A DNA stretch of 64,000 bases from assembly GCF_046119375.1 (NCBI RefSeq), contig NW_027362767.1:184698001-184762000 (forward strand). Direction: 5' to 3'. Both the position numbers and the translations under genes were made by a program. Origin of the DNA: Phyllobates terribilis (Eukaryota). How positions within the stretch are numbered: position 1 is the stretch's first letter; every line of letters starts with the position of its first letter. This document shows positions 49,106-62,067 of this stretch, one piece after another. Under the pieces are notes generated by a model, which saw only the letters and a program-made list of their open reading frames with translations, was not told the DNA's origin and did no database searches.

Positions 49106-50093
49106 TAGTGATGAGCGAAAACTAAAATGCTCGGGTACTCGTTGCTCGGGTCAAACAAATTGAAATGCTTGAGTGCTCGGTCCGAGTAACGAGCCCAATG
49201 TAAATTCATGGCAAACTCGAGCATTTTTCAGGCGGCTCCCCCCGGCGGTCTTCTGAGAGCCTAAAAATTTCCCAAATCGATGGGAACAGTGCTCAAATGA
49301 CATGGGGACAGCATGGGGAAGACCCCTGGAAGCATCTCTGACTCCCAGGTCACTGCTGTTAACAACGTTGTCAGAGTATTATGCCACTTTTACGGACTCA
49401 CAAAAACGAAACCAAAATGGATTTTCCTGTTAAAAATGTTAAGGAACATTCTTTCCAGAGTAATGACTTGTATATAAGGCAAAATAAATAACCAAAAAAA
49501 AAAATACTTCTCAACACGATGGGCTATGTTCACATGTAGCATTTTTGCACTTTTGCATTGCTTTCTACAGTGAAAAATACATTCACCAGTAAAAGTCATT
49601 TTAACATATCTTGCCATTTGGTGTATCAGACATCATCAGACACATCCTGTTTTATTTATGAAGGAGGGACTCTGAACGTCACAAACACTATTTTTATAGG
49701 GCCATCAGGTGGCCCTTACTATTCTTAAAGGGCCAACAGTCGGCCCTCACTATTGTTTGAGGGCCATCAGCCGGCTATGTTTTGTTGTTCTCATTATTAT
49801 CGACTGTGTCTCCTATACTGTTATTGCATATGCAGTGACTGCAAGGGCTGCCAAAAATGTGGACACACCCCAATACCCCTTTGAAGAGACATAGAGGAGG
49901 ACCTCAGTAAAAAAAATATTCCCATTATAAAGGAGTGGGTCTCCTATAGTGGTAATGCCCATGCAGTGACTGCAAGGGCTGCCAAAATTTAGGAAAAACC
50001 CTACTAACAATTTTAAAGACACATAGAGCTGGGCCACAGTAACGACATGTTCCTATTAGAAAGGAGAGGGTCTGCTATACAGTTATAATGTAT
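49106..50093. mobile_element. Partial hAT element (3'-end type shared with 13271 and 41756)
   Basis: tagtgatgagcgaaaactaaaatgctcggg start. The gacatggggacagcatgggga block is also seen at 13460 and 13850. No partner TIR was found. Confidence 0.7.
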
Positions 50094-53000
50094 TGTAGTG
50101 CGGCGGTGTTCACACAGTGCGATTAATAGGCAGTGACCCAAGAATGCCCAACTTAAAGTTTTTATTGTCCAAATAGCTCACACAGTGAAGGCAGCTTTAT
50201 CCTCCAGATTGCAGCCACAATAGTCTGTACAAATTAATACCGTTGCCGTGGGCAATTGCACCGCAGTATCACTCCAAGGTGTGTCGAAATCTTTGCCTTC
50301 CTGCTACTCTGTGTTCATTTCACACAGGCCTCTATAGCACAGAGCTGTCAGCTCTGCAACTTACAAAACCAAAGACTGACACACCCAAACCTTTGCTGCA
50401 GGTTTTTAAGTGAAAACTGTGGACATGAGACACATGCAAGACCCGGGCTGGAGGGAGTTGACCACCCCACTGCCAAACTGTAGTCCACTCCAAGAATAAA
50501 AGCCCATGCCAGGTTTTACTAAATCTGCCTTGGTCAAATAGCTTGACCAAGTCCAAATTTACTTGTATTCTGCACTGCAACCACAGCTATTTCTGTGATT
50601 GCAATGCACTCCAGCGGGTTCAATATGCCTCTATGCGCATCCTGGGGGATACATACCATCCCTCGCACATGATCCCCCTCGCTGCCTCACATATCCCCCC
50701 CTCTGTCCAAACTTGTGGGGTTGAACAACTGTCACCATACAGGGTGCCTGTGACAGGGCATCCGCATTTCCCTGCGACTTTCTCGCTTGATATTCTACCG
50801 AAAAACTACAATTTTGTAGCGACAGGAACTATCCTCATGACCCGAGCATTCTTCTCCTTTGCATTTCTCATTCAGACCAGGGGCGAATGGTCCGTTACCA
50901 AACAAAACTGTCTCCCGAGCAGATAATAGCGTAGGGACTCCAAGGCCCATTTACTAGCCAAGCACTCCTTCTCCACTAGGCTATAATTTTTCTCTGCCGG
51001 GTTAAGTTTCCTGCTCAAGTAGGTGACCGGATGTTCATCTCCGTTTACCTTTTGCGACAGTACCTCTCCTAGGCCTACCTCTGAGGCATCCATTTGCATG
51101 ATGAAGTTTTTCTTGAAGTTGGGGCTGATGAGGACCGGCTGTCCACACATTGCCAACTTCATGGATTGGAATGCTTCTTCCACCTGAGGGTTCCACTGAA
51201 CTATAACCGATTTCTTCCCCTTTAAGATATCGGTCAGGTTTGTCGATCTCCCCGCAAAGTTAGGTATAAACAGGCGGTAGTACCAAAATAATGCCGAGGA
51301 ACGCTCTCACCTGTTTAGTAGTCAAGGGCTCGGGGAGTTTTGAACGGCCTCAATCTAATTAATTTGGGGTTTAATAACCCCTCGGCCAATCGCGTACCCT
51401 AAGTATCGGGCTTCCTCGAGACCTATTGCTCATTTTTTTGGGTTCGCTGTTAACCCCGCGACACTGAGTGAATCCAGCACCACTTGTACCTGGGACAGAT
51501 GGATATGCCATTCGGTACTGAAGATGATGATATCATCTAAATATGCTGATGCGTATTTTTGATGAGGTTCTAACACTATGTCCATCAACATCTGGAAGCT
51601 GGCCGGAGCACCATGTAATCCAAAAGGCAACACGACATAGTGAAAGAGACCCTCGGGTGTTACAAAGGCGGTCTTTTCTTTCGCCGACTCAGTCAGAGGC
51701 ACCTGCCAGTAACCCTTGGTGAGATCGAGCGTGGTGAAATACTGGGCATGCCCCAGTCTCTTTATCAGCTCGTCTACTCGGTCTACCCGAAGCATTGGAT
51801 AAAGGTCAAATTTCGACACCTCATTCAATTTTCGGAAGTCATTACAAAATCGTAATGATCCGCACAATGGGGCTATCCCACTCCTGGATTCCTCAATGAC
51901 TCCTAACTGGAGCATTTGTTTTACCTCAGCCCGTGATGGTACGGTTTTATTCATACCCTTACCTGAGGCTCGGTAACAATATCATGTTGGATCACAGATG
52001 TATGGCCGGGCATTTCGAAGAATACGTCCGTATTCTGCTGCACTAATTTCCGCACCTCCCACCTCTGATCTTTAGTGAGAGCATCACTTATTTTTACCTC
52101 TCCTCTGGCCTCCTCCTGGGGCAGTGTCGGAGGGTCCACAGACGATACGACTGGAGTCGTCTCCGTAATCATACATTCCCGGTCTTTCCAGGCTTTAAGC
52201 AAATTGACGTGATATAACTGTTCGGGTTTCCTCTTCCTCTTGGTACACTCTATAATTTACCTCCCCCACCTTTTCCTGGAATTCATAAGGCCCTTTCCAT
52301 TTGGCCAATAGCTTACTCTCTGCAGTGGGAACTAATACCAATACCCGATCCTCTTCTTTAAAGGACTTAACTCTGGCCTTTCTATTATACGCACGGCTCT
52401 GCGCTGCCTGAGCATCCAGGAGGTGCTCTTTTATTATTGGTATGACCGCCGCGATCCGGTCCTGCATACTTGTTCTATTACACTATTATGTGGGGTAGGT
52501 TCCTGTTCCCACGTCTCTTTGGCTACGTCAAGCAGACCTCTAGGATGCCTGTTGTATAGTAGCTCAAAGGATGAGAACCCCGTGGAAGCCTGTGGTACCT
52601 CACGGACAGCAAACATTAAATAGGGCAGTAACGTCCCAATCCTTCCCATCCTTGGAAACCAACTTTTTTAGCATGGACTTAAGGGTTTTATTAAACCTCT
52701 CGATTAAACTGTCAGTGTGTGGATGGTACACCGATGTGTGCAACTACTTTATTTTTAGCAGCTTGCACAGTTATTTCGTCAACTTGGACATAAAAGGGGT
52801 CCCCTTATCTGTCAGGATCTCTTTAGGAAGCCCCAGGTGACAGAACATAGCAAACAGCTCCTGGGCAATAAGTTTAGCCAAAGTGTGGCGTAGCGGAATG
52901 GCCTCTGGGTAACGGGTGGCATAATCGACGACCACAAGTATGTGTTGGCGGCCATGAGCTGACTTTACAATGGGTCCCACCAAATCCATCACAACCCATT

Positions 53001-53160
53001 CAAAAGGTACCTCTATAAGCGGCAGAGGTACTAATGGGCTACAGAAGCTTGCGGTGGGTGTGGTGAGCTGACATTCCGGGCTAGATTCACAATACTGCTG
53101 TACCTCAGTGTAAATCCCAGGCCAAAAGAACCACTGCAAGATGCGCTCTTGCGTATTTTT
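50094..53160 (-). mobile_element. 5'-truncated Gmr1-type gypsy element (integrase upstream of RT-RNase H) with its 3' LTR at ~50094-50691
   Basis: Minus-strand order is INT (FFWPG..., MDLVGP, VVDYATRYPEAIPL), then RT (FCNDFRKLN, YLDDII), then RNase H (MDASEVGLG, TDHSPL, NADALS), then PPT agaggggggata and LTR tgtgaggc. Many frameshifts. Confidence 0.8.
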
Positions 53161-53631
53161 AACCCCTAGATTAGGCTTTTTTGTGAATATCCCATGCTCC
53201 TAAATATACAATTGTATGTAAATACTGAATTCTTTTAAAACCTTGTGCCAGAAAAGAGCACCGTAATATTCAGGTCCTTGGTAGTGGGAATGAGAAGATA
53301 TGATGTTGCTCTATTGTTTGGGGTAGCCCTTCCGTGGTGTTCCAAGAAGTATGCCAGAATCTGACACAATAGGTGCTGTCCCTTTTCTGATTCAGTGCCC
53401 ATTGTTTTGAGCCTAGGTCTGACCTTCATACATTCTGCCAGACAATAGTTTGGCAGGCCTTACAATTATTTTGGAGATATTGAAAGCTTGCGGCATTCCA
53501 TTATGTTAACCCCTTCATTGTTGGTAGCTACTAACATATACATTGATTATTAGAAATAAAGGATTGCTGATGCGAAATGTAAAATGTTATATATAGCACA
53601 ATATAGGTTTCTGATTGACAAATATTACATG

Positions 53632-54690
53632 TGACTCACCCCCTGGGCCAGTGCTGTAGTGCGGCGCGCGTGCGCTCGGGGGATACCCGGAGCCGGATCC
53701 GATGGGGGTAGTAGTCTTCGTGTGGCGGTGACCCGGTCCGCGCCCAGGGTGGTCAAACTAAGTGGCGGTTATTGGTATGATGGTATTAGTGTCCGACTAC
53801 GCCACCCGTTGAATGCGGTTATGAAACCGCCGCTGCAGGGCAGACCGCTGAGGCCGGTGGTATAGGTGTGCAGCAATGTTGATATAACCCCCAACGGGAG
53901 AGGTATGGCCTCAGGGCAGCGGATGTGGATGATGTTGGGAGTGATGGTGTGGATGTCCCAGCACTAACGGTGCGACAAGGAAGCACGGAAACGCGAGGGT
54001 ACAGTTCAGGGTCTTTACTGATGGTACAAGGCAAATTCCCCCGGGAGTACTGGCTAGTAGTTGGGGCCTGGTTAGTCTGCGAGTAAGCCGGAGTTCCCCT
54101 GGCCAGGTGGAGTTGTAGGCCTTCCCGTTAGTCTGTCCCCCTCCTGGCTACCCTGCTTTCAGCGGTTACAAGTAGCCCACGTCCCTGGGTATACCGTGTG
54201 GTGCTCACCCGTATGGCTGGTGACCTGGGGCCTCCTGTTAGCCTCCGCTCCGGGATGGCGGTGCTGGTCCCTTCGTTGTGACTGAGCCTCCGGGCTTTTA
54301 TGGCCAGAGGACCTGGAATCACCTGCCGGATGGATTCTGCTGCTGGGTATATCTTAGTCCCCACAGCCTCGGACTCCTGTGTCCGGTTTTTGTACCTTCT
54401 CCCAGGGCGAGCTCTGCACAGCTCCAGCCCCTGGCGCTTCTCCTTGGCTCCTACAGAGCTCCTGATGTCTATCTGTCCCTGTTTCTGCGTGTCCAGACCA
54501 GACTCCGTCTCTGTCTGGAACTCCTCTCTCTAACCCTGCCTCAGCCCCAGTTTATATAGGGGAAGTTCTTCCCCTCCCAGGACTGGGCAGGAGGTGTGGC
54601 ATGCTTAGGATTCCTGCCCAGGAGACCTCCCACCTGCTCACAGACGTAATACTGCTATTACTGTGGAAACCAGACCCCTGGGGTGCCACA
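53632..54690 (-). mobile_element. Solo LTR related to the LTRs at 55179 and 62073
   Basis: tgactcaccccctggg...ggggtgccaca termini with a 4-bp TSD catg (53628-53631 and 54691-54694). Confidence 0.85.
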
Positions 54691-56541
54691 CATGAATTAT
54701 AATTCGTTATTTTTTTTTTAAATGTTATATAGCATGCACAAGTGAATAAGCTATTTGTGAAGGTAATTTTGCAGTAGATGCTGAGCCACATTAAAAGTTT
54801 TTTGCATACAAGCAAAGAAAAGTTTGATTTGACTGATGAAAGCACCTACAATATTTTCATCAGAAACTGAAGTATGCAATAAAAACTGTTACAGACTAGA
54901 TTTCACAGGCTTAGATAATAAGTCCCAGAAAAAAAAAAGAAAAAGCAGCACTTTGCAAATATATAGAAAAATAAAGCTTTCTTTAATCATTTATGTGACG
55001 TTTCAGTTATGAAAGCTTTTCAGGCATCATTCCCTAAAAATTGAGAGACCAGAACATATCAGATATTGAAATATGCGCATAAAGTATACAAAATCAAGTG
55101 GCTTGTATCATGGTTATTGGTAAATACTTGGAACGCACCAACTACAGGGGTAATTATGTAAATGGATGAGAATATATATGACGCGCCCCTGGGCCTTCTG
55201 TGTCGTGCGGCATCACGTGCACGGGGGCTTACCCGGAGCCGGATCAGATGGGGGTAGTAGTCTCGTGGCGGTGACCCGGTCCGTGCCCAGGGAGTCAAAC
55301 TAAGTGGCCAGTCTATTAGCAGTAGATGTTGGATGACTACGCCACCCGTTGAATGCAGCTTTGGAGCTGCCGCTGCAGGGCAGACCGCTGAGGCCGGTGG
55401 AAGGATGGTGCAGCGGGGATGGTATAACCCCCAACAGGAGGGGTATGGCCTCAGGGCAGCCGACGTGGATGATGGGGGTAGCAGGAACCACTCAGAGACG
55501 ATGCGTGTAGTTCAGGGTCTTTACTGGTGACAAAGATAGACCCTCCCGGAGTACTTGCTAGCGATCGGGGCCTGGTCAGTCCTTGAGCAGATGGGATCTC
55601 ACCTGGCCAGGCGGAGTTGTAGGCCTTCCCAGCTAACTGTACTCTTCTGGCTACCTTGCTAGAGGCGGGTAAAAGTAGCCCACGTCCCTGAGTGTACCGT
55701 GTGGTGCTCACCCGTATGGCCGGTGACTCGGGGCCTTCTAATGGCTTCCGCTCCACGATGGCGGTGCTGGTCCCACGCGTGTGACCGTGCCTTCGGGTTT
55801 CTGGGCCAGAGGACCTGCAATCCCCTGCCGGTCGGTTTCTGCTGCTGGGTAAGGATTAGTCCCCACAGCCTCGGACTCCGGGTCCGGTGATAACTTCTCA
55901 GTCAGGGCGAGCTCTGCAGCTGCCAGCCCCTGACTCCTTGTAGCACTGCTCCCACAGAGCTCCTGTTGTTTCTTCCTATGCTGCTTCTCTTCTCTACTCT
56001 TGTTCTCTCTCTCTCTCCCGACCCTGCCTCAGCCCCCGGTTTATATAGGGGAAGTTCTTCCCCTCCCAGGACTGGGCAGGAGGTGTGGCATGCATAAGAT
56101 CCCTGACCAAGAGACCTCCCACCTGCTCTCAGACATAATATTGCTATTATTGTGGAGACCAGACCCCTGGGGTGCCACATTCCCCCCTAGTGAAATTTAG
56201 TACTCCGGGACTAAACATATTTTACAAAAACATAACAGGGTATAACAACAACAATAAAATACAATAAGGAAACACATAAAGATGGTCACGGTGTGTCCGC
56301 AACCGGGTGCAGTCTTTGAAGAAAACAAAGGTGTCCATTTCACCAAAACAGGGAGACGTAACCAGGTAGGGGTCTGTCCTGCCCCGAGTCCTTAACAGTC
56401 TTTAGTCCGTCCTGGGTTAAGCTCCAACTATACACAAAGGATTCCCGGTAAATCCACCAAAGACTCCTGTAAATAACTAGAAACACAAAATTATACACAA
56501 GCAACAATAACAGATAAACATTAATAAAATAATTTAAACAC

Positions 56542-59500
56542 TTAGATCCTCCACCGTACGGGTAACTGGCCTCTAGTGACCCTAGTGGACCTACGAAGCT
56601 GGTTGACTGGTCCTGAGCTACAGGGTATAGGAGCTGTCAAGGGTAAACTGGGCAGCCGTCTACGGACCCTTTGGCTCACTAGGGGTATGGCAGGCTCACT
56701 ATAAGCAGAGGGTTGATCCTCCTGGTCTGCTTGTGTGGAGTCTTCTGCCTCCTGGACCGGCTGTTCTTCCAGCTCTACCGGTTGCTCTGTAAGTACTTGG
56801 GATTCTGGTTGGAGGAACGTGAGGACGGGTACCACAACTGCACCATTGACTTGAGTCCAGGACCGAGGGAAGTCTCCGAGCACAGTACTAACCATATCTT
56901 TCCCTTCCTCTACGGGTCGAGGGTCTTCTTGTTCCTCTTCAGGGTTCCGTAGCTGTTCGGGACACTTCTTCAGGTGATCCCGGGATACAATGGTTGTGGT
57001 TTCCCCTCCGTCTTTGCTGATGGTACAGACCTTCGGGTTGTCGTGGCTTGAGGGCAGTACGGTGTACGGGTCCTTCTCCCACTGGTCGTCCAACTTATGG
57101 AGCCGTCTTTTCCTCTTCAAGACCTGCTCTCCGGGCACCAGGGGAACAGCGGGAGCATACTGGTTGTAAGTTTTCTCTTGTCTTTCCCTAGCTTGACAGA
57201 GACTACGCTCCACGCTCTCCTGTACTTTCCGGTACTGCTGCTGCCTCTCTGTGTCCCAGTCTGCTTCTGGTGAAGTGTCCTCGGGTGTCAGGACTCCCAT
57301 CTCCAGGTCAACAGGTAGCTTACCAGGTCTTGCCCTCATCAGGTAAGCCGGGGTACAGTTAGTGGAACCTACCGGGATGTGGTTGTATAGGTCCACCAGA
57401 TCAGGCAGTTTCTCAGGCCACAGACTGCGTTCTTCCAGGGGCAATGTTTTTAGAAGATCTATCACCACCTGGTTCATTTTCTCACAAAGTCCATTAGTTT
57501 GCGGATGATAGGGTGTCGTCCTTATCTTCCGGCAGCCATACAGAGTGCAGAATTCCTGGAAGACCTCCGCTTCAAAGGCAGGTCCCTGATCCATCAACAC
57601 TTGGTCCGGGTACCCGTGTGGATGGCAGAAATGCTGCTGGAAGGCTCTAGCTGCTGTTCGAGCTGTTAAGTCCTTGACGGGGACGACAACCAAGAACCGG
57701 GAGTAGTGATCCACGATGGTTAGTGCGTAGACGTAGCCACTTCTGCTTGGGGTCAGTTTTACATGATCCAAGGCTACCAGTTCCAACGGCTGCCGGGTGA
57801 CGATGGACTGCAGGGGAGTCTTCTGGCTGGCACGGTCCTTCCTTCTTAGGTTGCACGGGCCACAGTCTCTGCACCACCTCTCGATGGTTCCTCTCATGCC
57901 CACCCAATGGAACCGCCCGCGCAGCAAGAACTCCAGCTTCTTCCATCCGAAGTGCCCAGCTCCGTCGTGGTATGCCTCCATCACCATAGCTGCGTCTCTT
58001 CTTGGCACCACTACTTGCCAGATTAATTCATGCGTCCGGGAGTTAACCATTCTGCGGCACAACTTCCCCTTGTAAAGGAACAGTCGACTCTTCTCAGCCC
58101 ACAGTTGCTTGGCTTCCTCCGGAGCGTCTGGGTCAAGGCGTGATTCTGGCCGAGTCAGCATCTCCTTTACCAGTCGGACGGCAGGGTCACTGTCTTGCGT
58201 CTCCGCCCAGTTGTAATGAGGTAAAGGGTTGAACGTAGCGGATTTACTCCTTACACGGTGGGAATACTGGATAGTCCCATGACGGTGGAATGCGGGGAGT
58301 TCAACTTCTTCCTGTCCCTCTGAGTCTTCCCCTACGTCCGGTAGATTTGGCATCCTGGACAGGGCGTCCGCGTTGGTATTGGAGCGTCCTGCCCGGTATT
58401 TGATTGTAAACTCATAGTTGGACAAACGGGCCATCCATCTCTGCTCTAGGGCACCGAGTCTTGCTGTGTCCAGGTGTGTCAACGGGTTGTTATCCGTGTA
58501 CATGGTGAACCGGGAAGAAGCGAGGTAGTGCTTAAAGCGTTCGGTGACTGCCCACACCACTGCCAGGAACTCTAGCTTAAATGAGCTGTAATTTTCAGGG
58601 TTTCTTTCGGTGGGTCGCAGTTTTCAGCTGGCGTAAGCAATTACCCGTTCTTTCCCCTGCTGAATCTGGGACAGTACGGCTCCTAGCCCGATGTTACTGG
58701 CGTCGGTGTAGAGGATAAAGGGCTGGCTATAATCAGGGTATGCCAGGATTTCATCCCCCGTGAGGGCCATCTTCAGCTGGCGGAAGGACTCTTCTTCCAG
58801 CTTCTCCCATCTGAAGGGTGGCTTCTGGTTCTTGGCCTTCCTGGACTGGCCTATCAGGAGGTCCTGCATAGGAGCTGCCTTTCTGGTGAAACCGGGAATA
58901 AACCTTCGGTAGTAGCCTACCAACCCGAGGAACTGCCTCACTTCCTTTACGCTGGAGGGGCTTGGCCATTCCTTAATTGCGGTGATCTTATCAGGGTCGG
59001 GAGCCACTCCGTCAGCACTCACCACGTGTCCCAGGTACTGCACCTTTGGCTTCAGTAGGTGACACTTAGAGGGTTTCACCTTCAGGCCATAACTTGCCAG
59101 GGCTTCGAACACTTCCGCCAGGTGTTTCAGGTGGTCCTCATAAGTCTTGGAATATACGATGACATCGTCCAGGTACAGCAGGACCGTTTCGAAGTTTCTG
59201 TGTCCCAGACAGCACTCCATTAATCGTTGGAAGGTTCCTGGTGCATTGCAGAGTCCGAACGGCATACAAGTAAACTCGCTAAGTCCCATCGGGGTGGTGA
59301 ATGCGGTCTTCTCCCGGTCCGCCTCTGCTACAGGAACCTGCCAGTACCCGCTAGTGAGATCCAAGGTAGAGAAGAAGTTAGCAGATTTTAAAGCAGCCAA
59401 AGACTCCTCTATCCTTGGTAAGGGGTACGCATCCTTGTGTGTGATTCGGTTGATTTTCCGGTAATCTACACACATTCTCATGGTGTTGTCTTTCTTTTTG

Positions 59501-60675
59501 ACTAAGACTAGTGGGGCTGCCCAGGGGCTACAGCTATCCTTGATTACCCCAGCCTCCTTCATGTCTCTAAGCATCCCCTTGGCGTGTTGGTAGTGCGCAG
59601 GGGGTACGGGTCGATACCTCTCTTTTATGGGAGGATGGTCTCCCGTGGGGATATGGTGTTCCACCCCCTTGACTCGCCCGAAGTCTAACGGGTGTTTACT
59701 AAACACTCTCTCGTACTCTTGAACCACCCGATAGACTCCCTGTTTCTGATGGGAGGGAGTGGAGTCAGTACCCAAATGTAGTTGCTGACACCAATCCTCC
59801 ATTATTTTCTTAGAGCCGTTACCTTCCTCCGGGTGAGATGGAGGCAAGGGTTCCACAGACTGTATAGAATTTTGGTTGATGGTGTATAATTTGGCTAGCG
59901 TGGCATACCGGGGTAGGTACACTTCCCTCTTCCCGATATTTATTATGCGAACGGGCACCCTCCCATGGCGTACATCAACCACCCCCCGGGCTGTCAAAAT
60001 GGTGGGCCTACTGTCTGAGTAGACTGGCTCTACCATGGCCTGGTAATCTCTACCTCTCAGACCAATAGCTGCCCGGCACCAAATCATCATTTCACTTTTC
60101 GGGGGTATGGCAATAGGGAAAGGGTCACACATTCTTACGCTACCAATCTCACCGCCGGAGAGTTCCACCTGTTGCCGTCGCATCAGTGCCCGGATCTCTT
60201 TCTGGAGCACTCGCTGCTGGCCGGAGCTGGCGTTCTTGGCAACCTGCTGTAAAATGAAAATCACCTCTGCAAGACAATTTTCAATCACATTAGTTCCTAG
60301 AGTTATCTTTGGGTGACTCTCGCGCTTGTCAATGTCCACAATGATCAGTCCCTGTGCTGCCAGTTCGACTCTACCGATTTTAATGGTCACCTCTTTGAAT
60401 CCGATCTGTGGCACGGGTTGACCATTGCTGGCAATGATACTCAAGTCGTCGTCAGGGTAGCGGGTTATATCCGAGTCATTCCAGTACTGCTTGAAGAGCA
60501 CGTACGGGATGGTGGTGACCTGTGACCCGGTGTCAAGTAGGGCACTAATAGGAATGCCATCCAGTACCACAGGCAAGACTGGACGTCCTCCCACATATTT
60601 GTCGCGCCAGCTCGATGGGCCTGGTGATCTTATTCCTGGGGGTTGGCCCTCTACCCCAGGTTGTGCCAGTTTAAA
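56542..60675 (-). pseudogene. Pol (protease, insert, RT, RNase H, integrase) reached by -1 frameshift; one CGA>TGA stop at 58624-58626
   Basis: Motifs LLDTGSQ, YLDDVI, YTDASN, the IAYAS*KLRPTE junction, and the HHCC/DDE integrase. Both ORF-track pieces are in the same frame with no other stop. Confidence 0.92.
60617..60675 (-). promoter_or_regulatory. -1 ribosomal frameshift signal: U_UUA_AAC plus a putative H-type pseudoknot
   Basis: Heptamer at 60675-60669, then an 8-nt spacer. Stem 1 is CCUGGGG/CCCCAGG, and the loop GGGCC can pair with a downstream GGCCC. The gag and pol frames differ by -1. Confidence 0.75.
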
Positions 60676-61631
60676 GGACAGTACTTTGCCATATGTCCGG
60701 GTTGATTGCAGCGGCGGCAGATGGGTTGTCCGTCCTCGTTGTATCGGTCGCTGGGTCTTCCTCTGGCCGGTGGGGTCCTCCTTGGTCGACGCCACGGGAT
60801 GTCCTCCGGTCCGGATGCCAGCTGGATCTTCCCTGGAGTGGAAACCTGTAAAGACTGCACAGTTCGGGTTAGCGCAGCAACGCTTTTAGCTAGCTCTTGG
60901 ACCTGATGGTGCAGGTCTGGAGCCGGGTCATTGTTCAAAGCCTGCGCATCAGCCCCCACAGGCCCTGCCGACAAGGGCGCCGCCTCCTGGTGGTAAGTGA
61001 TAGCTGGGCGCCTGTGGGTCACAACGCCACCCGGTGCCGGTTCTCGGAGCACCCGGATGGCTCTGTCCTTGAACTGTGCAAAGTCCAGATGAGGATCCTG
61101 TAAGGCTATGGCCCGCAACTGGGTTCGGTGGACATTGCAATATAGTCCCTCTATAAATTGTTCGGTCAACAGCCTGTCCTCGTTTCCCACGCTGTCGGGG
61201 TCGGTCTGCTTAATGGCTCTCAGGGCCTCTTGTAGGTTTAGTGCATAGTCCCTTATACTCTCATGTGCTCGCTGCTTGCACCCATAGAATTTAAGCTTAA
61301 TCTCGGCTGAGGTGCGGGTATCAAAGGTGTCCCTCAGCCGGGTTAGTATCCCTGCGACAGTCCTCCTCCCAGGTGGCCAGGACTTTGCCTCCCTTTGGGC
61401 TGCCCCGGTTAGTTGGGCCACCAGGATGCTCACTTTTTGCTCTTCTGTGAGGGGGTACACCTGGAAGAGGCTATCCAGCTTTTCTCTAAAGTCATTCAGG
61501 GTATGTGACTCCCCTGAGTATTGGGGTAGCCAGGCTGCTCCCGGGATATAGGGCATGGTGAAAGGCATGACTGCAGCAGCGCTGGCGCTGGCGGGGGTTG
61601 AGGCAGTGAAGCTCTCCTCCGTATCCGACAT
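60651..61631 (-). CDS. Gag (326 aa) with CCHC zinc knuckle
   Basis: Intact ORF with QRAHESIRDYALNLQEAL (major homology region-like) and CRRCNQPGHMAKYC. Confidence 0.9.
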   Translation of the reverse strand: MSDTEESFTASTPASASAAAVMPFTMPYIPGAAWLPQYSGESHTLNDFREKLDSLFQVYPLTEEQKVSILVAQLTGAAQREAKSWPPGRRTVAGILTRLRDTFDTRTSAEIKLKFYGCKQRAHESIRDYALNLQEALRAIKQTDPDSVGNEDRLLTEQFIEGLYCNVHRTQLRAIALQDPHLDFAQFKDRAIRVLREPAPGGVVTHRRPAITYHQEAAPLSAGPVGADAQALNNDPAPDLHHQVQELAKSVAALTRTVQSLQVSTPGKIQLASGPEDIPWRRPRRTPPARGRPSDRYNEDGQPICRRCNQPGHMAKYCPLNWHNLG

Positions 61632-62048
61632 CTTCCTCCCCCCCAGTGGACCGTGGCCTACCTTGCGATGATCCTCTTCCGTAGGCCGCGGCTCCGCAGT
61701 GGATCGTCAGGGTCGAGGACCTTCCGTCGCGCTCCTGTGACGTCGGCGTCTGCTGGGCTCCTTCCAGGACCTTACGCAACGTCCGGACGTGAGGCGGGGC
61801 TTCAGTTCTCGCGCGCCTTCGGAGTCCACGCCCCTCTTCTTCCCGCGCGGCGTCTTCAAGATGGCGTCCAACGGCGGGAAAACTCCACGGATGGCGGGAA
61901 GAAGGCAGAAGATGGCGCCGGATGGCGGGAAAACTTCGCGGATGGCGGGAAGAAGGCAAAAGATGGCGCCGGATGGCGGGAAACTTCACCACTGGTAAGT
62001 TTGAACAGTCTTTTTCAGGCACGCAGTACCCGGTGGTTGCGGGCACGA

Positions 62049-62067
62049 AATCCTGCCGACTACGCCA
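62049..62067 (-). other. Primer-binding site complementary to the tRNA-Ser 3' end
   Basis: Plus-strand aatcctgccgactacgcca equals the 3' 19 nt (including CCA) of vertebrate tRNA-Ser(AGA/TGA) as I recall it. It lies 5 nt from the 5' LTR. Confidence 0.8.
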
